IMG/VR virus record: IMGVR_UViG_3300044648_000011
Coordinates: 1 to 51,000 of that record
Source of the DNA: a virus
Lineage: Duplodnaviria; Caudoviricetes
Strand: one strand, 5' to 3'
Length of the DNA: 51,000 nt
The first letter of the stretch is position 1, and each line of letters begins with the position of its first letter. The translations under genes and the position numbers were made by a program. Positions 37,659 to 47,238 of this stretch are shown here, piece by piece. The notes below the pieces were generated by a model, which saw only the letters and a list, made by a program, of their open reading frames with translations, was not told where the DNA came from and did not search any database.

Positions 37659-38240
37659 TCACGGGGTGTCGATACCCGGGATCCAAGCTAGCTTAGGCTT
37701 CGTAGAAGCCGACACACGGTCAAGGATGGTGGCACGCATAGGCAGAGCACCAAACTCATCCACCGAAAGGCTGATAGCGTCATCACGACGGAGGCTGGTG
37801 TTGGAGCCGTAAAAGGCGATCTTGTTATCACCATCGACGATGACGATAAGAATTGCCTGTTCGGTCTCTCCACCAGGAGTACCAACCATCGAGTACGTAC
37901 CGACTTCAGTAGCCGTGTTTGCCGAACCGTAGTACAGCTCGAACGTATCAGCATCAAACTGCACAAGCTGGAACGTCACATAGTCGACGGCAGGATCGGT
38001 AACAACCGTCCGTAGAGCCGCCTTCTGCCACGTGCCACGGGTCTCGGTGTCTCCACCGTCAAACCCGAACTCGGGTAGTTCGTCTCGACTCGTGTGGCCG
38101 ATAATAGTAAACCCGGTTAGGGTTGTAGTCTCGTCCACGAAATCGAAAATCTGCTGCTGTGTAGGCGGAGCTACGTCCACTACACCCGTGTAAATGTATC
38201 CAGTCGCGGCCGTAAAGACCGCGTCATCAACAAGCGCCAT
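37659..38240 (-). CDS. major tail protein
   Basis: MAL.DDAVFTAATGYIY, GHTSRDELPEFGFDGGD (L5-like). Confidence 0.92.
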   Translation of the reverse strand: MALVDDAVFTAATGYIYTGVVDVAPPTQQQIFDFVDETTTLTGFTIIGHTSRDELPEFGFDGGDTETRGTWQKAALRTVVTDPAVDYVTFQLVQFDADTFELYYGSANTATEVGTYSMVGTPGGETEQAILIVIVDGDNKIAFYGSNTSLRRDDAISLSVDEFGALPMRATILDRVSASTKPKLAWIPGIDTP

Positions 38241-38251
38241 CTGGCGTCTCC

Positions 38252-38677
38252 TTAGTTTCTAGGCGGCCGGACGGCCAATTGGATTAGGCCCTGGACTCGC
38301 CAGGTACCATCGAACGGTGAATCAAATTGAGTCATACCCATTACTTCAAAGAAGGAGTGGAGGTGACCCACTTCTGGGATTACCGTTTGGCGCCTGACCA
38401 TGTCCCAGAGTACGTGTCGAGCATCAAGATAAAGGTCTTCTGTTTCGACAATCCCGTCTCGGGTGTAAGCGGTCATTTCGACTACTGCTCGATCTAATAG
38501 TCGAGGGTCTACCGCTTGTCCACCAACACGACGGATATTTAGCATAGGGAACGTTCGTCCCGCGTCTACATCCTTAATCCATGAAGTCACATCAAGGGTA
38601 GACCAATGAGAAGCTAGTTCTGACCTAAGGATAGGCAAGATGACTTCTTGAACACGAGGCATGTTACGATCGTCCAC
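38252..38677 (-). CDS. tail terminator
   Basis: PRVQ.VILPILR...WRVQGLIQL.VRP. Confidence 0.8.
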   Translation of the reverse strand: MDDRNMPRVQEVILPILRSELASHWSTLDVTSWIKDVDAGRTFPMLNIRRVGGQAVDPRLLDRAVVEMTAYTRDGIVETEDLYLDARHVLWDMVRRQTVIPEVGHLHSFFEVMGMTQFDSPFDGTWRVQGLIQLAVRPPRN

Positions 38678-38978
38678 GTCGCCAACTCCCCTTGATGATG
38701 TCGAATGCTCCAGTCACGATGTAAAGACCAGGCAAGTACTTCTTAGCCCAGACATTCCATCCACCGAATTCAATCGACTCGGCAGCTTCGTCTACGAGGC
38801 TAACGATCGAATCCTTATCAGTAAAATCCAACTCAATCTTAGCTGCGCCTGTGTGACGATGAGCTGCTAGACGAGCTTCTGCCTTAGCAGCTCCTACTTC
38901 AGCAACGTGATGAACAGCGTCTCGAACACCCGGAAGCTCAGCAACGATCTCAGCGCAATTCCTATACACGCGAGCCAT
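38664..38978 (-). CDS. neck / head-tail region protein
   Basis: SIEFG...GLYIVT motif; synteny. Confidence 0.75.
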   Translation of the reverse strand: MARVYRNCAEIVAELPGVRDAVHHVAEVGAAKAEARLAAHRHTGAAKIELDFTDKDSIVSLVDEAAESIEFGGWNVWAKKYLPGLYIVTGAFDIIKGSWRRGRS

Positions 38979-39331
38979 TAGTTCCTCCGGATCATGTAAT
39001 CGATATGCCTGGTCCTGACACTGCCGTTGTATCGAACTGCCTTACCGACTACAGTCCAACGAACTCCTAGCCACTGAACCTCAGCTTCCAAATCCATCGC
39101 GAGATTGTCACGTCGTGAAAACCTGAGACGATAGTTTTGCTCGGTTTCGTAACCTTCGTTGTCTTGCTCGGCTCGACGTGCGGAAGTACCGGACTGTTGA
39201 GCAGGCTGAATAGTTGCCTTAGCAGGAACTCCTACAATCGATGGGCGAAGAATAGTATTTCCATCACGGTCTGTAACCTCAACCTGATGGAAAATGAGAA
39301 TGTCTTCTACTGCCTTATTTAGTAGGCTCAC
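38978..39331 (-). CDS. head-to-tail stopper
   Basis: DGN, QSGTSARRAEQDNEGY. Confidence 0.82.
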   Translation of the reverse strand: MSLLNKAVEDILIFHQVEVTDRDGNTILRPSIVGVPAKATIQPAQQSGTSARRAEQDNEGYETEQNYRLRFSRRDNLAMDLEAEVQWLGVRWTVVGKAVRYNGSVRTRHIDYMIRRN

Positions 39332-39777
39332 CAGTCCTCCCACCACGGAGGATCCCAACCGGCCCTACAAGGAATCAAGGAACCTTCTGGGAGTGCGTCG
39401 TATCCAATCTTTGGAGTGATGACAAACATACCACCCGAACCAGGTGGCTTGAGTAGATCCCATTCTGAATCGAGAACCTCGAGGCGACCAGAGGCCACAG
39501 CCTGGTAAATGGCGTACGAGTAGTTCCCGTCAGATTCCTGGGAATATCCTTCTGGATTACGAATGAGCCTAAGAACCATCTCGGCTTCGATCATGATTAC
39601 TAGTTCGAGATAATTTGGCCAGAGAATCGGGTCAGCTACTCGCTCATCCAGATCAGGAATTCGATTCCGAAGAATGAGTTCGGCGTCCGCCAACCGGGTA
39701 TTAACCACTAGTTCCATGGCTTCGTCCAGATCTTCGTGATAACGATCCTGGACGTCTTGTAGGGTGGCGTACGCCAT
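39328..39777 (-). CDS. head-to-tail adaptor
   Basis: MAYAT..DV, RNPEGY..ESDGNYSY. Confidence 0.88.
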   Translation of the reverse strand: MAYATLQDVQDRYHEDLDEAMELVVNTRLADAELILRNRIPDLDERVADPILWPNYLELVIMIEAEMVLRLIRNPEGYSQESDGNYSYAIYQAVASGRLEVLDSEWDLLKPPGSGGMFVITPKIGYDALPEGSLIPCRAGWDPPWWEDW

Positions 39778-39781
39778 TAGC

Positions 39782-40108
39782 TCACTCCTTGTGTGCGTTC
39801 ATGTAAGCCTCTACGGCGTGGCGAGGAAGCTTGCCCTTTGCCGGTACGTTCTGAACACCGTTTGCACGTGCCCACTCACGCATCTCAGGGATAGTAGCTA
39901 CCTCAGATACCTCTTCCTGGTCCTCAGATGCCTCTACAGGCTCCTGAACGTCTTCCTCGGTGTCATCACCCTGGGGTGCACTCTCTACAGTCTCTGAGAG
40001 CTTCTCAGCGGGTGCATCTACAAAAGTCCAAGATCCCCCACTGACCAGAGTGTTGGCCTTCTTATTGGGTACATCAACTACAGTTCCATTAAAATGCTTA
40101 ACTCTCAT
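39782..40108 (-). CDS. head-associated protein with Lsr2-like C-terminus
   Basis: GTVVDV...W; EMREWARANG..VPAKGKLP..AVEAY resembles the Lsr2 DNA-binding domain. Confidence 0.7.
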   Translation of the reverse strand: MRVKHFNGTVVDVPNKKANTLVSGGSWTFVDAPAEKLSETVESAPQGDDTEEDVQEPVEASEDQEEVSEVATIPEMREWARANGVQNVPAKGKLPRHAVEAYMNAHKE

Positions 40109-40169
40109 CTAACTTCCTTTCGAGGAAAGGAGGGAGGCCGGGAAGCGGTTAAACTTCCCGACCATCAAC

Positions 40170-41186
40170 TCACGGGGTATCGACCTCAGTAAGCTTGGCA
40201 AACGCTTCTAGATCGCCTACGACCCACCCGAAGGTGACCTCGCACATAACGGCAACCTGGTTGGTCTGCCAAAGGTTAACAGTGTTAGTACCGTCAGACA
40301 GGGTAGCCTGGTCAGATACCTTGAATCGAATTTCATCCGCAAAGCCCCACTTAAGCTGGGAGAAGTCACCCAGGAAAGCGCGCACAGGCGGAGTCGGTCC
40401 AGCATAGGCACCGATACGGCCGGGAGCAGCCTTGTGGAAGTTGGCAGGAAGACCAAGAACACTGGATTCCTGCGCAGCTAGATTCACATCACCGGGAGAA
40501 AGAACGTTCCCGTTAGCGTCCACACCACGCATAGCCGCAGCCAGCTTGGTACGGTAGCGAGGATCGAAAACCCAACGTTCCGGGTCGTAGTCCTCACCGA
40601 TAAGATCGTACAGGGCTAGAAGGTCGTTGATCAGATTTCCAGCATTGGCACCAGCAGGGTCGTGTGCTACGACGTTCGTGGTGTTAACCAGGACGTTGTT
40701 CACATCGATACCCTGTAGAGCAGTACCAAGAAGAGCGTCACGCCCGTGGAATACCGCGAGGTCCATTTGACGGGCAATCGCAGCCGACAGCTTACCGCGA
40801 ATGGAGTTAAAGCGGTTCTGCGGGTTCTGACGAACGAATTCATCCGAAGCCGTCACGATAACCGCGAACTTCACGGGGCTGAACGAACGCGAACCCCAAC
40901 CAACACCAGACAGAGGCTTAACGCCACCTTCACGCTGTTCGTTAGAAGTACCCACGCCGACCTGACCGGCCTGAGGTTCAGTCACGGTAACTGGAATAAC
41001 CGTCTGACCGTAAGTAACCTCGATCTGCTCAGCACCAAGACGAGGCAGAAGCGCCTGTTCGGTAGCCTTAGCGAAAATTTCCCCTACAACCGCCTTGGGC
41101 GCGAAGTCCGCGTCAAGGTGGCTTAGCCGAAGCTGATGCGGGCCATCGCCCGGTGTATTCGGCTCTAGCTCATTAATAGTAGCCAT
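40170..41186 (-). CDS. major capsid protein (HK97 fold)
   Basis: EQREGGVKP, GDFSQL..GFADEIR, LWQTNQVA...EVTFGW. Confidence 0.95.
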   Translation of the reverse strand: MATINELEPNTPGDGPHQLRLSHLDADFAPKAVVGEIFAKATEQALLPRLGAEQIEVTYGQTVIPVTVTEPQAGQVGVGTSNEQREGGVKPLSGVGWGSRSFSPVKFAVIVTASDEFVRQNPQNRFNSIRGKLSAAIARQMDLAVFHGRDALLGTALQGIDVNNVLVNTTNVVAHDPAGANAGNLINDLLALYDLIGEDYDPERWVFDPRYRTKLAAAMRGVDANGNVLSPGDVNLAAQESSVLGLPANFHKAAPGRIGAYAGPTPPVRAFLGDFSQLKWGFADEIRFKVSDQATLSDGTNTVNLWQTNQVAVMCEVTFGWVVGDLEAFAKLTEVDTP

Positions 41187-41204
41187 TAGAATGCTTTCCT
41201 TTGC

Positions 41205-41723
41205 TTAGTTGAACTTAGACATCATGAAAGAAGCGAAATTGCTGTCTGCGTTCTCACTGCCGTCACCCGCAAGACCCTGGGAAGGATCAGTAGCAGGCTT
41301 GTTAGCAGGGACGGTTTCGGTAATACCGAAAATCTTCTTCACTTCGACAGCATCTGCCTTAAGCTCCTCGGCTGTACTGCCCTGGAGCCGGCTTGCGAAA
41401 CTGGTTAGCTTGTCAGTTGGAACACCAGCTTCGATAGCGGCATTCAGCTTAGCCATAGACATAATCGCCTGAGCGAGTTGGTCTTTGGTAGCTTCGTGTG
41501 CGGTGTTCGATTCTGCCAGCTTGGCTTCGAACGCCGTCTGAACTTCGCTCTTTGCGGCTTCCACAGCCTCATTCTTCTTGACACGAGTACTAGCGTTTTC
41601 CTGACGAAGTTCGGAAATCATATTACGAGCAAACTCCGGTAGCTGTTCCACCGTAGTAATTTCGGTCTGAGTCACTACCGTCTCGGTTGTAGACTCAGTG
41701 CCAGTGCTGGCCGTTTCGGACAT
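41205..41723 (-). CDS. scaffolding protein
   Basis: helical, LRQENA..R, RLQGST.EEL..DA, DPSQG; directly before capsid gene. Confidence 0.88.
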   Translation of the reverse strand: MSETASTGTESTTETVVTQTEITTVEQLPEFARNMISELRQENASTRVKKNEAVEAAKSEVQTAFEAKLAESNTAHEATKDQLAQAIMSMAKLNAAIEAGVPTDKLTSFASRLQGSTAEELKADAVEVKKIFGITETVPANKPATDPSQGLAGDGSENADSNFASFMMSKFN

Positions 41724-41810
41724 TTATTGCCTCCTGGGCAGAGAAAAGCATTCTCCTGGAATGCTTGTTGGGCGAACCTTAAAGCCGGCCCTTACGTCCG
41801 GCAGGGTGTG

Positions 41811-42605
41811 TTATGCGGCGATGGACATTTTACGAACGTCTACATCGCCGTTCTCGATGGCTCGACGGAATGCGTTCATCGCATCCTTACCTCGATAACC
41901 TCGAGTTTCTTTCTTCCAGATATCCAACGCTCGTTTGTAAGCGTCTCGACCAGGCCAACTAGCCTTGTCGAACACCGGAACTACCTTGCAATCGCATCCC
42001 GGATGCCATCTGGTCATTAGTTCCTTGAGCGCAGCAGCATCACCGCTTGCCCAAAGCTGTTCTGCTAGTTCATCACTAGCGTTTAGTCCAGCACCACGAG
42101 CCGACTTGTAAGCCGGTCCTCGTGATACCAACATCATGCAAAATCCACAAGTCTCCCGACCTGTTGCTACTCGAGCCCACCCGAGAACTTCATTGTCTTC
42201 TTCGACTGCTCGAAGAATGGTGCGTCGACCGCCATTTTCAACGGCCTTAGCAGCACGCAATGCGACCTGAGCAAGTGAACCTTCTGAGGCGCCTGTCTCC
42301 AGAAAGTCGTCTCGAGCCGGAAACATCTCTTCTGTAAACCAGTCCAGCCGGTATTCAGCAAGATAGATGTCGCGTCGTGGTAGTTCTGGGTGATGCTCTT
42401 TCCGCTGAGAATCATAAAATCGCCTACCTAATTCGGCAGACTTCTTACGAGCTTCATAAACGAACGGAAAGAGCAACTCGAGTAGGAATCGCCAATCGTA
42501 AATGGTTAGGGTAGGAAGGCGATAGCTAGAAGACAGCTCGAGCACCGTAGCCACTAGCTCCGCGCTAATCGCGGCTTGTGCCTCTGCGTACTCTTCGGCT
42601 GTCAT
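41811..42605 (-). CDS. capsid maturation protease / MuF-like head protein
   Basis: GWARVATGRETCGFCMMLVSRGP, WHPGCDCKVVPV. Confidence 0.85.
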   Translation of the reverse strand: MTAEEYAEAQAAISAELVATVLELSSSYRLPTLTIYDWRFLLELLFPFVYEARKKSAELGRRFYDSQRKEHHPELPRRDIYLAEYRLDWFTEEMFPARDDFLETGASEGSLAQVALRAAKAVENGGRRTILRAVEEDNEVLGWARVATGRETCGFCMMLVSRGPAYKSARGAGLNASDELAEQLWASGDAAALKELMTRWHPGCDCKVVPVFDKASWPGRDAYKRALDIWKKETRGYRGKDAMNAFRRAIENGDVDVRKMSIAA

Positions 42606-44020
42606 TCGTCACGTCCCTCCGGTAGTTGAGTTCTTCCTGTTACGGGAGGTCCGTACAGCTCTGCTAGCCTGCCACGCGGACTGTTCTTATCCATCTTCTC
42701 CATCTCTTCACGTTCACCAATGGAGAAGTTGAGCTTGATTCGAGCCATCTCGACAGGGATAACAGCGCGTCCGTCAGGAGTGATAGCCGTAGCTAGCTTA
42801 ACTACCGCGTCAGCCATTGCAGCAAACGTCGGAGTGGCCGGGTTACGCCATACCGTTTCCATTCGGAATGCGTCTGTAGGAATCGTTCCGTCCATTACCT
42901 TAAGGGCAATGCGCATTACCATTTCCCACGCTTCGCCGAACATTCGACACTTGCGTTCAGCCTTTTTGACTAGTCGATCTTCGCTGGCACGAATAGCGTC
43001 AGCAGAAGCCGGATTGTCAGACGAGAAGCTGAAGTACTGGGGAGGGAGACCGGTGTAACCCGACGCTTCCTTACGAAGCATCTCCATTCCTTCACCGAAG
43101 TTACGAAGTTCAGCCGCAGCAAACTGCGAGATCTTACCGTCTGGATCTTCGAAAGCTAGAAGATTAGCAATGTAAGCTTCCCACGAAGATTCTCCGGTTT
43201 GACCCATGATCTCGGCACGATCCACACCAAAGATAACTCGCTGTGGAATGGCCATCAGCTCAGCAGTAGCCTGCATATTCATCATGAGGCGGGACGCCGC
43301 GTCGCTAACACTTCGTAGTTCTGGCTTGATCTCGGAGCAACCATCCTGCTGTTCAATGCGTTCCTTATTAAGGATCGGAACCACAGGGACAATGCCCAGA
43401 TTATGATCTACTCGCCATTCTTCAATCCACCCGTTGTTGTTTCCAACACGGTTACTTTCTACGTAACCAATGGTAGAATTAGGAAGATAAAGAGTGATCT
43501 TTCGAACCTTGACTGTGGTAACACCAACAGGAACGTTGTAAACACGAATAGCTCGAGTAACTCGCCCCGATACCGGATCAACTTCAGCATACATTGATCG
43601 AGGAGACTCAACCTTGATCACCGGAGTGGTCGGATCCATCAAAGGATCGTTAGGATTAGGGGCCGCGATCGTCACATAAGCCCGGCCATGAACCAAAGCT
43701 TCGGTGTGAGCCAGCCCGGACTCGACGTCCATACGGTTAGCCTGCCACCACTGCCACAGTCGGTCATCCGCCTTGGACTTACCGGCTAGAATGAACCCTT
43801 CGATGTCTAGACGCTCTTCAAGGCTGCCTAGATACGTACGGGACCACCCAATTTGAGCTAGAAGATGCTTCATCGCGGGTGGAACGGCTAGACCAACCGC
43901 CTTTGGGCGATACGTGCCGTTGTAATACGCGTTATTGACCTTAAGCTCGCTTGCGTCCCTTCCAAACTTGCCTAGAAGGTATTCGATCTGCTCGGCATTA
44001 CTCTGGACAGGTGCTGTCAT
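42602..44020 (-). CDS. portal protein
   Basis: ERLDIEGF, HGRAY, SDNPASADAI, WRNP.TPT. Confidence 0.93.
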   Translation of the reverse strand: MTAPVQSNAEQIEYLLGKFGRDASELKVNNAYYNGTYRPKAVGLAVPPAMKHLLAQIGWSRTYLGSLEERLDIEGFILAGKSKADDRLWQWWQANRMDVESGLAHTEALVHGRAYVTIAAPNPNDPLMDPTTPVIKVESPRSMYAEVDPVSGRVTRAIRVYNVPVGVTTVKVRKITLYLPNSTIGYVESNRVGNNNGWIEEWRVDHNLGIVPVVPILNKERIEQQDGCSEIKPELRSVSDAASRLMMNMQATAELMAIPQRVIFGVDRAEIMGQTGESSWEAYIANLLAFEDPDGKISQFAAAELRNFGEGMEMLRKEASGYTGLPPQYFSFSSDNPASADAIRASEDRLVKKAERKCRMFGEAWEMVMRIALKVMDGTIPTDAFRMETVWRNPATPTFAAMADAVVKLATAITPDGRAVIPVEMARIKLNFSIGEREEMEKMDKNSPRGRLAELYGPPVTGRTQLPEGRDE

Positions 44021-45705
44021 CGGAATACGGCCACCTTTCCAGTGCGATTCTTCTTGTTCATAAGGTACTCCTGCCTTCCAGCGAAGGCGAGGACTGCGCA
44101 AACAGCCGCATCGATCTTGCGTGAACTGTCTTTGCTCGCCTTACGAATACTGATTGCGTCGTAAGTGGTTGGGTTTCTATGTGCATTCAAGACGTGCTGC
44201 CTCAGAATCGCCGATCCATTATGAGAAACAGCTCCTTCAAGTACAGCATCGTTAAGCTTTTCACAGTCAAGTGCAAATCGCTTAGTCTGACCACGCATAT
44301 CGAATGCAATCAGGTTGTTCGGAGATGCCTTAACCTTAAGCTTCTTCTTATACTGCCTGCTCCAGGCGTCTACATACGATTCGAACTCCTTGACATCCGC
44401 CCGGAATGCCACTACGTTGAATCGAGAGAAGACCCAATGAACAGTAGCGTCGACATCTTCTCGCGGGATTTCACCGCCGTACTTCTCGGGATCCCACACC
44501 TTGATCGGGACAAGAAGACCGTCATCGATACGACATGCCACTAGGGCCGTGAAGTCGCCGGACTTTGATCCGTCGAATCCAAGGCTGATCGTGTCGCCAG
44601 GTTCTAGCGTGACATCCTTAAGAATACGATCCCACTCGTGAGGGGCGATCCAAGCATCCTCAGCCGCGTTAATGTGGTTGAGGAACTTACGTCGAGACTC
44701 TGAGATGGGGTTGTTGATGTCTAGGATCGATCCTACGATGGTATCGATGTCTAGCCAGTATGCATCCCCTCGAGCGGTCGTCAGACCGTCCTTGAGCATC
44801 TTGAGGCCCAACTCAAAGCCTTCTGGGTCCACGTCCTCGGATGGGATCTCCGAAACTGGAGTTTCAGCCGGAGCCTCGAGCGCATCATAAAGAATACCTG
44901 TATCTACAGCGCCCTTAGTCTGCACCGCGATGTAGGAATCCCACATGCGCTCGCCGATGGAGTTTCGTCCTGGGACGTGCGCATTGCAGATAGCCAGGTA
45001 ACGAGCCACACCCATGCGAGACTTCGTGATGTTACCTTCAACGACGCCGTACATAGCGTGACCATCGTTAGTTTCGATCCACTCCTGGATTTCGTTAAGG
45101 ATTACGAATGTGGGACGACCACCTTCCAGAGTTGCTGGAGAGGAGGTTACGCCTTCGATTAGCCCGCCCGAACCATCAGTAGAGTGGATAATAGTCTTAT
45201 TAATATCAAGCTTAAATTCTTCCTTAAGCTTAGGGCTAACCATGCTAGGGAAAAGCTTAAGCGTGTTACCCGTCTGAGTCTGCGATACCGCAGCAATCTG
45301 AATCCACGGAGCCTTTACACGCTTCCCAACGGGCCGAAGACCTTCCCAGTGACTGAACCGAGCAGGGCCACATAGTTCGACGAGTGCCAGCGCGGCACAC
45401 ATCGGGTCCTTACCCCACCCCTTCATTCGCCTTAGCACACCATTACGGTACGCAAAACGGCCCAGCTCGTCTACGGCATACCACCATAGAATGAACCGGG
45501 CCTGTTCTGAAGTTGGAATGAATGGGTCATCGTCATTATCTCCGCCTGGAGACCGTACATACTCGGCTAGCCAGTCTAAAATCCCCCAACCTAGACTCGC
45601 CTTGGGAAGATGCCAGCGTCCGTCTCGACGACGACGCCATGTAGGGCCTATTACGTGCGCGGGTGCAGGCTTAAGGTCCGATAGGCGGACCAGGGTGTCC
45701 ACCAT
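44017..45705 (-). CDS. terL: terminase large subunit
   Basis: RRMKGWGKDP, AAVSQTQT, LGFDGS...D.T, RKIDAAV. Confidence 0.95.
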   Translation of the reverse strand: MVDTLVRLSDLKPAPAHVIGPTWRRRRDGRWHLPKASLGWGILDWLAEYVRSPGGDNDDDPFIPTSEQARFILWWYAVDELGRFAYRNGVLRRMKGWGKDPMCAALALVELCGPARFSHWEGLRPVGKRVKAPWIQIAAVSQTQTGNTLKLFPSMVSPKLKEEFKLDINKTIIHSTDGSGGLIEGVTSSPATLEGGRPTFVILNEIQEWIETNDGHAMYGVVEGNITKSRMGVARYLAICNAHVPGRNSIGERMWDSYIAVQTKGAVDTGILYDALEAPAETPVSEIPSEDVDPEGFELGLKMLKDGLTTARGDAYWLDIDTIVGSILDINNPISESRRKFLNHINAAEDAWIAPHEWDRILKDVTLEPGDTISLGFDGSKSGDFTALVACRIDDGLLVPIKVWDPEKYGGEIPREDVDATVHWVFSRFNVVAFRADVKEFESYVDAWSRQYKKKLKVKASPNNLIAFDMRGQTKRFALDCEKLNDAVLEGAVSHNGSAILRQHVLNAHRNPTTYDAISIRKASKDSSRKIDAAVCAVLAFAGRQEYLMNKKNRTGKVAVFR

Positions 45706-45721
45706 ATCGGCCTTCCTGGAG

Positions 45722-45880
45722 TTATTGGATTTTCCTCTTCTTTAAGATCTTGTTTTCTTGGGATTGCATACACACTGAACAGTATAAAGTTTGGAAAGTG
45801 ACCATGTAGTCACCGACTTTGGCTGTTTTCTGCATCCCTTTGGTTTTCTTATTGCACTTATGCTTGGGAATCTCGCTCAC
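45722..45880 (-). CDS. small Cys-containing basic protein
   Basis: GTG after AAGGGG; HKC...CSVC. Confidence 0.55.
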   Translation of the reverse strand: MSEIPKHKCNKKTKGMQKTAKVGDYMVTFQTLYCSVCMQSQENKILKKRKIQ

Positions 45881-45931
45881 TGTCAACCCCTTCTCGTTGG
45901 TGATGACAGCATACCACACTTCGTGTCTATG

Positions 45932-46003
45932 TGCACCTGGCAGGACTCGAACCTGCGTCTCCGACTTAAGAGGACGGAGCTAAACCATCTCAGCTACAAG
46001 TGC
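45932..46003 (-). tRNA. tRNA-Lys(CUU)
   Basis: cloverleaf, loop CT-CTT-AA. Confidence 0.9.
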
Positions 46004-46004
46004 G

Positions 46005-46079
46005 TAGGTCTGGAAGGATTTGAACCTTCGGTCTCTTCGTTATCAGCGAAGTGCTTTTACCGGACTAAGCTACAAACCT
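46005..46079 (-). tRNA. tRNA-Ile(GAU)
   Basis: cloverleaf, loop CT-GAT-AA. Confidence 0.92.
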
Positions 46080-46080
46080 A

Positions 46081-46157
46081 TGGTGGAGCCTGCGGGGATC
46101 GAACCCGCCGCCTCTTCCTTGCAAGGGAAGCGCTCTTCCTAAATGAGCTAAGACCCC
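46081..46157 (-). tRNA. tRNA-Ala(UGC)
   Basis: G3:U70, loop CT-TGC-AA, CCA encoded. Confidence 0.93.
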
Positions 46158-46159
46158 GG

Positions 46160-46230
46160 AGCCTCTGGTAGGAATCGAACCCACGTCACCTGTTTACAAG
46201 ACAGGAGCTAAGCCACTCAGCTACAAAGGC
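46160..46230 (-). tRNA. tRNA-Thr(UGU)
   Basis: loop CT-TGT-AA. Confidence 0.92.
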
Positions 46231-46234
46231 AATG

Positions 46235-46306
46235 CTGCCCATCAAGGATTCGAACCTCAAACAATTGGTTCAGAGCCAACCGTGTTGCCAATTACACCAA
46301 TGGGCA
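46235..46306 (-). tRNA. tRNA-Gln(CUG)
   Basis: U1-A72, loop CT-CTG-AA. Confidence 0.92.
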
Positions 46307-46364
46307 TTACGAGCCAGCCCCGGTCAATGGAAATTCCAAAGGCACTGAGGCAGACTGGCTCTCG

Positions 46365-46437
46365 ACCCCCTGACAGGACTCGAACCTGCACGTGAACGCT
46401 TAGAAGGCGTCTGATCTTCCAATTGAACTACAAGGGG
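46365..46437 (-). tRNA. tRNA-Arg(UCU)
   Basis: loop CT-TCT-AA. Confidence 0.88.
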
Positions 46438-46438
46438 A

Positions 46439-46523
46439 TGGCAGCGGATAAAGGTATTGATCCCTCGAGTGTAACCCCGGCCTGGTTTTCAAGACCAGTT
46501 TGTGCACCTGCACGCTATCCGCT
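46439..46523 (-). tRNA. tRNA-Ser(UGA), atypical D-arm and T-loop
   Basis: CTGGT-CTTGAAA-ACCAG, long variable arm, G73-CCA. Confidence 0.75.
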
Positions 46524-46527
46524 CTAG

Positions 46528-46600
46528 CACCCCTAACAGGATTCGAACCTGCGACAACCCACGTTCGTAGCGTGGCGCTCTTCCACTGAGCTATAGGGGA
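46528..46600 (-). tRNA. tRNA-Arg(ACG)
   Basis: loop CT-ACG-AA. Confidence 0.9.
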
Positions 46601-46668
46601 TTGTGTCGGAGTTCAGCACCCACCCTCATGCCCTCAACGGACAATCGTGGTACCCGACTCGGGTTCTC

Positions 46669-46739
46669 GTCCTGCCGGGAGGGATCGAACCTCCTACAGT
46701 AGCGGTTTACAGCCGCGCTGCTCTCCAAGAGCGTCAGGA
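46669..46739 (-). tRNA. tRNA-Tyr(GUA), atypical
   Basis: GCGG-CTGTAAA-CCGC; canonical T-arm; irregular acceptor/D junction. Confidence 0.7.
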
Positions 46740-46760
46740 TGGGTCTTTCGACCCTATGGA

Positions 46761-46976
46761 CTAGAATACATCTTCTGGCTTGGCAATAGCACGTACAAAG
46801 AACATAAAGCCCTCTTGCAGATGCGTCTTGGCTAGAGCCATCGAACGCTTGTCGATATCGTCAAACTGAGCAAATTCTCGCCATAGTTGACCGACCTGCT
46901 TCTCCATGTCCTTGACACGATTCATGTCGGCTACATCATCTTCGCTTAGTTCGCGATAACCCTTAACGTCAGGCAT
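46761..46976 (-). CDS. acb2: Acb2-family cyclic-oligonucleotide sponge (anti-CBASS; T4 Vs.4-like)
   Basis: KGYRELS..D...MNRVK...R..ALAKT.LQ.GFM..VRAIA.P..F matches the Acb2 signature; start at ATG 46976. Confidence 0.85.
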   Translation of the reverse strand: MPDVKGYRELSEDDVADMNRVKDMEKQVGQLWREFAQFDDIDKRSMALAKTHLQEGFMFFVRAIAKPEDVF

Positions 46977-47008
46977 CCTCGACCTTTCGTAGTTTATAAT
47001 ACCTTGCG

Positions 47009-47080
47009 TGGAATCTACAGGGTTCGAACCTATGCGCACCGGGCTTCAACCGGTTGCTCTACCCACTGAGCTAAGATTCC
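47009..47080 (-). tRNA. tRNA-Phe(GAA)
   Basis: loop TT-GAA-GC. Confidence 0.9.
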
Positions 47081-47152
47081 ATAAGCAGACACCGCATTCG
47101 ATCCTAAATGCTCATTTAATCAAGGCTCGGAACGTCCCTGAAGTGCCTTACG

Positions 47153-47236
47153 AGGAAGATAAAGGAATCGAACCCTTAGGCTTTCACCTAGTACTAGCTT
47201 AGCACGCTAGTTGCCAACCAATAGGCACTATCTTCC
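47153..47236 (-). tRNA. tRNA-Ser(GCU)
   Basis: loop GT-GCT-AA, long variable arm. Confidence 0.85.
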
Positions 47237-47238
47237 GG

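Noticed and set aside
46439-46523. Selenocysteine or opal-suppressor tRNA
   Set aside because: The anticodon reads UGA (Ser), not UCA.
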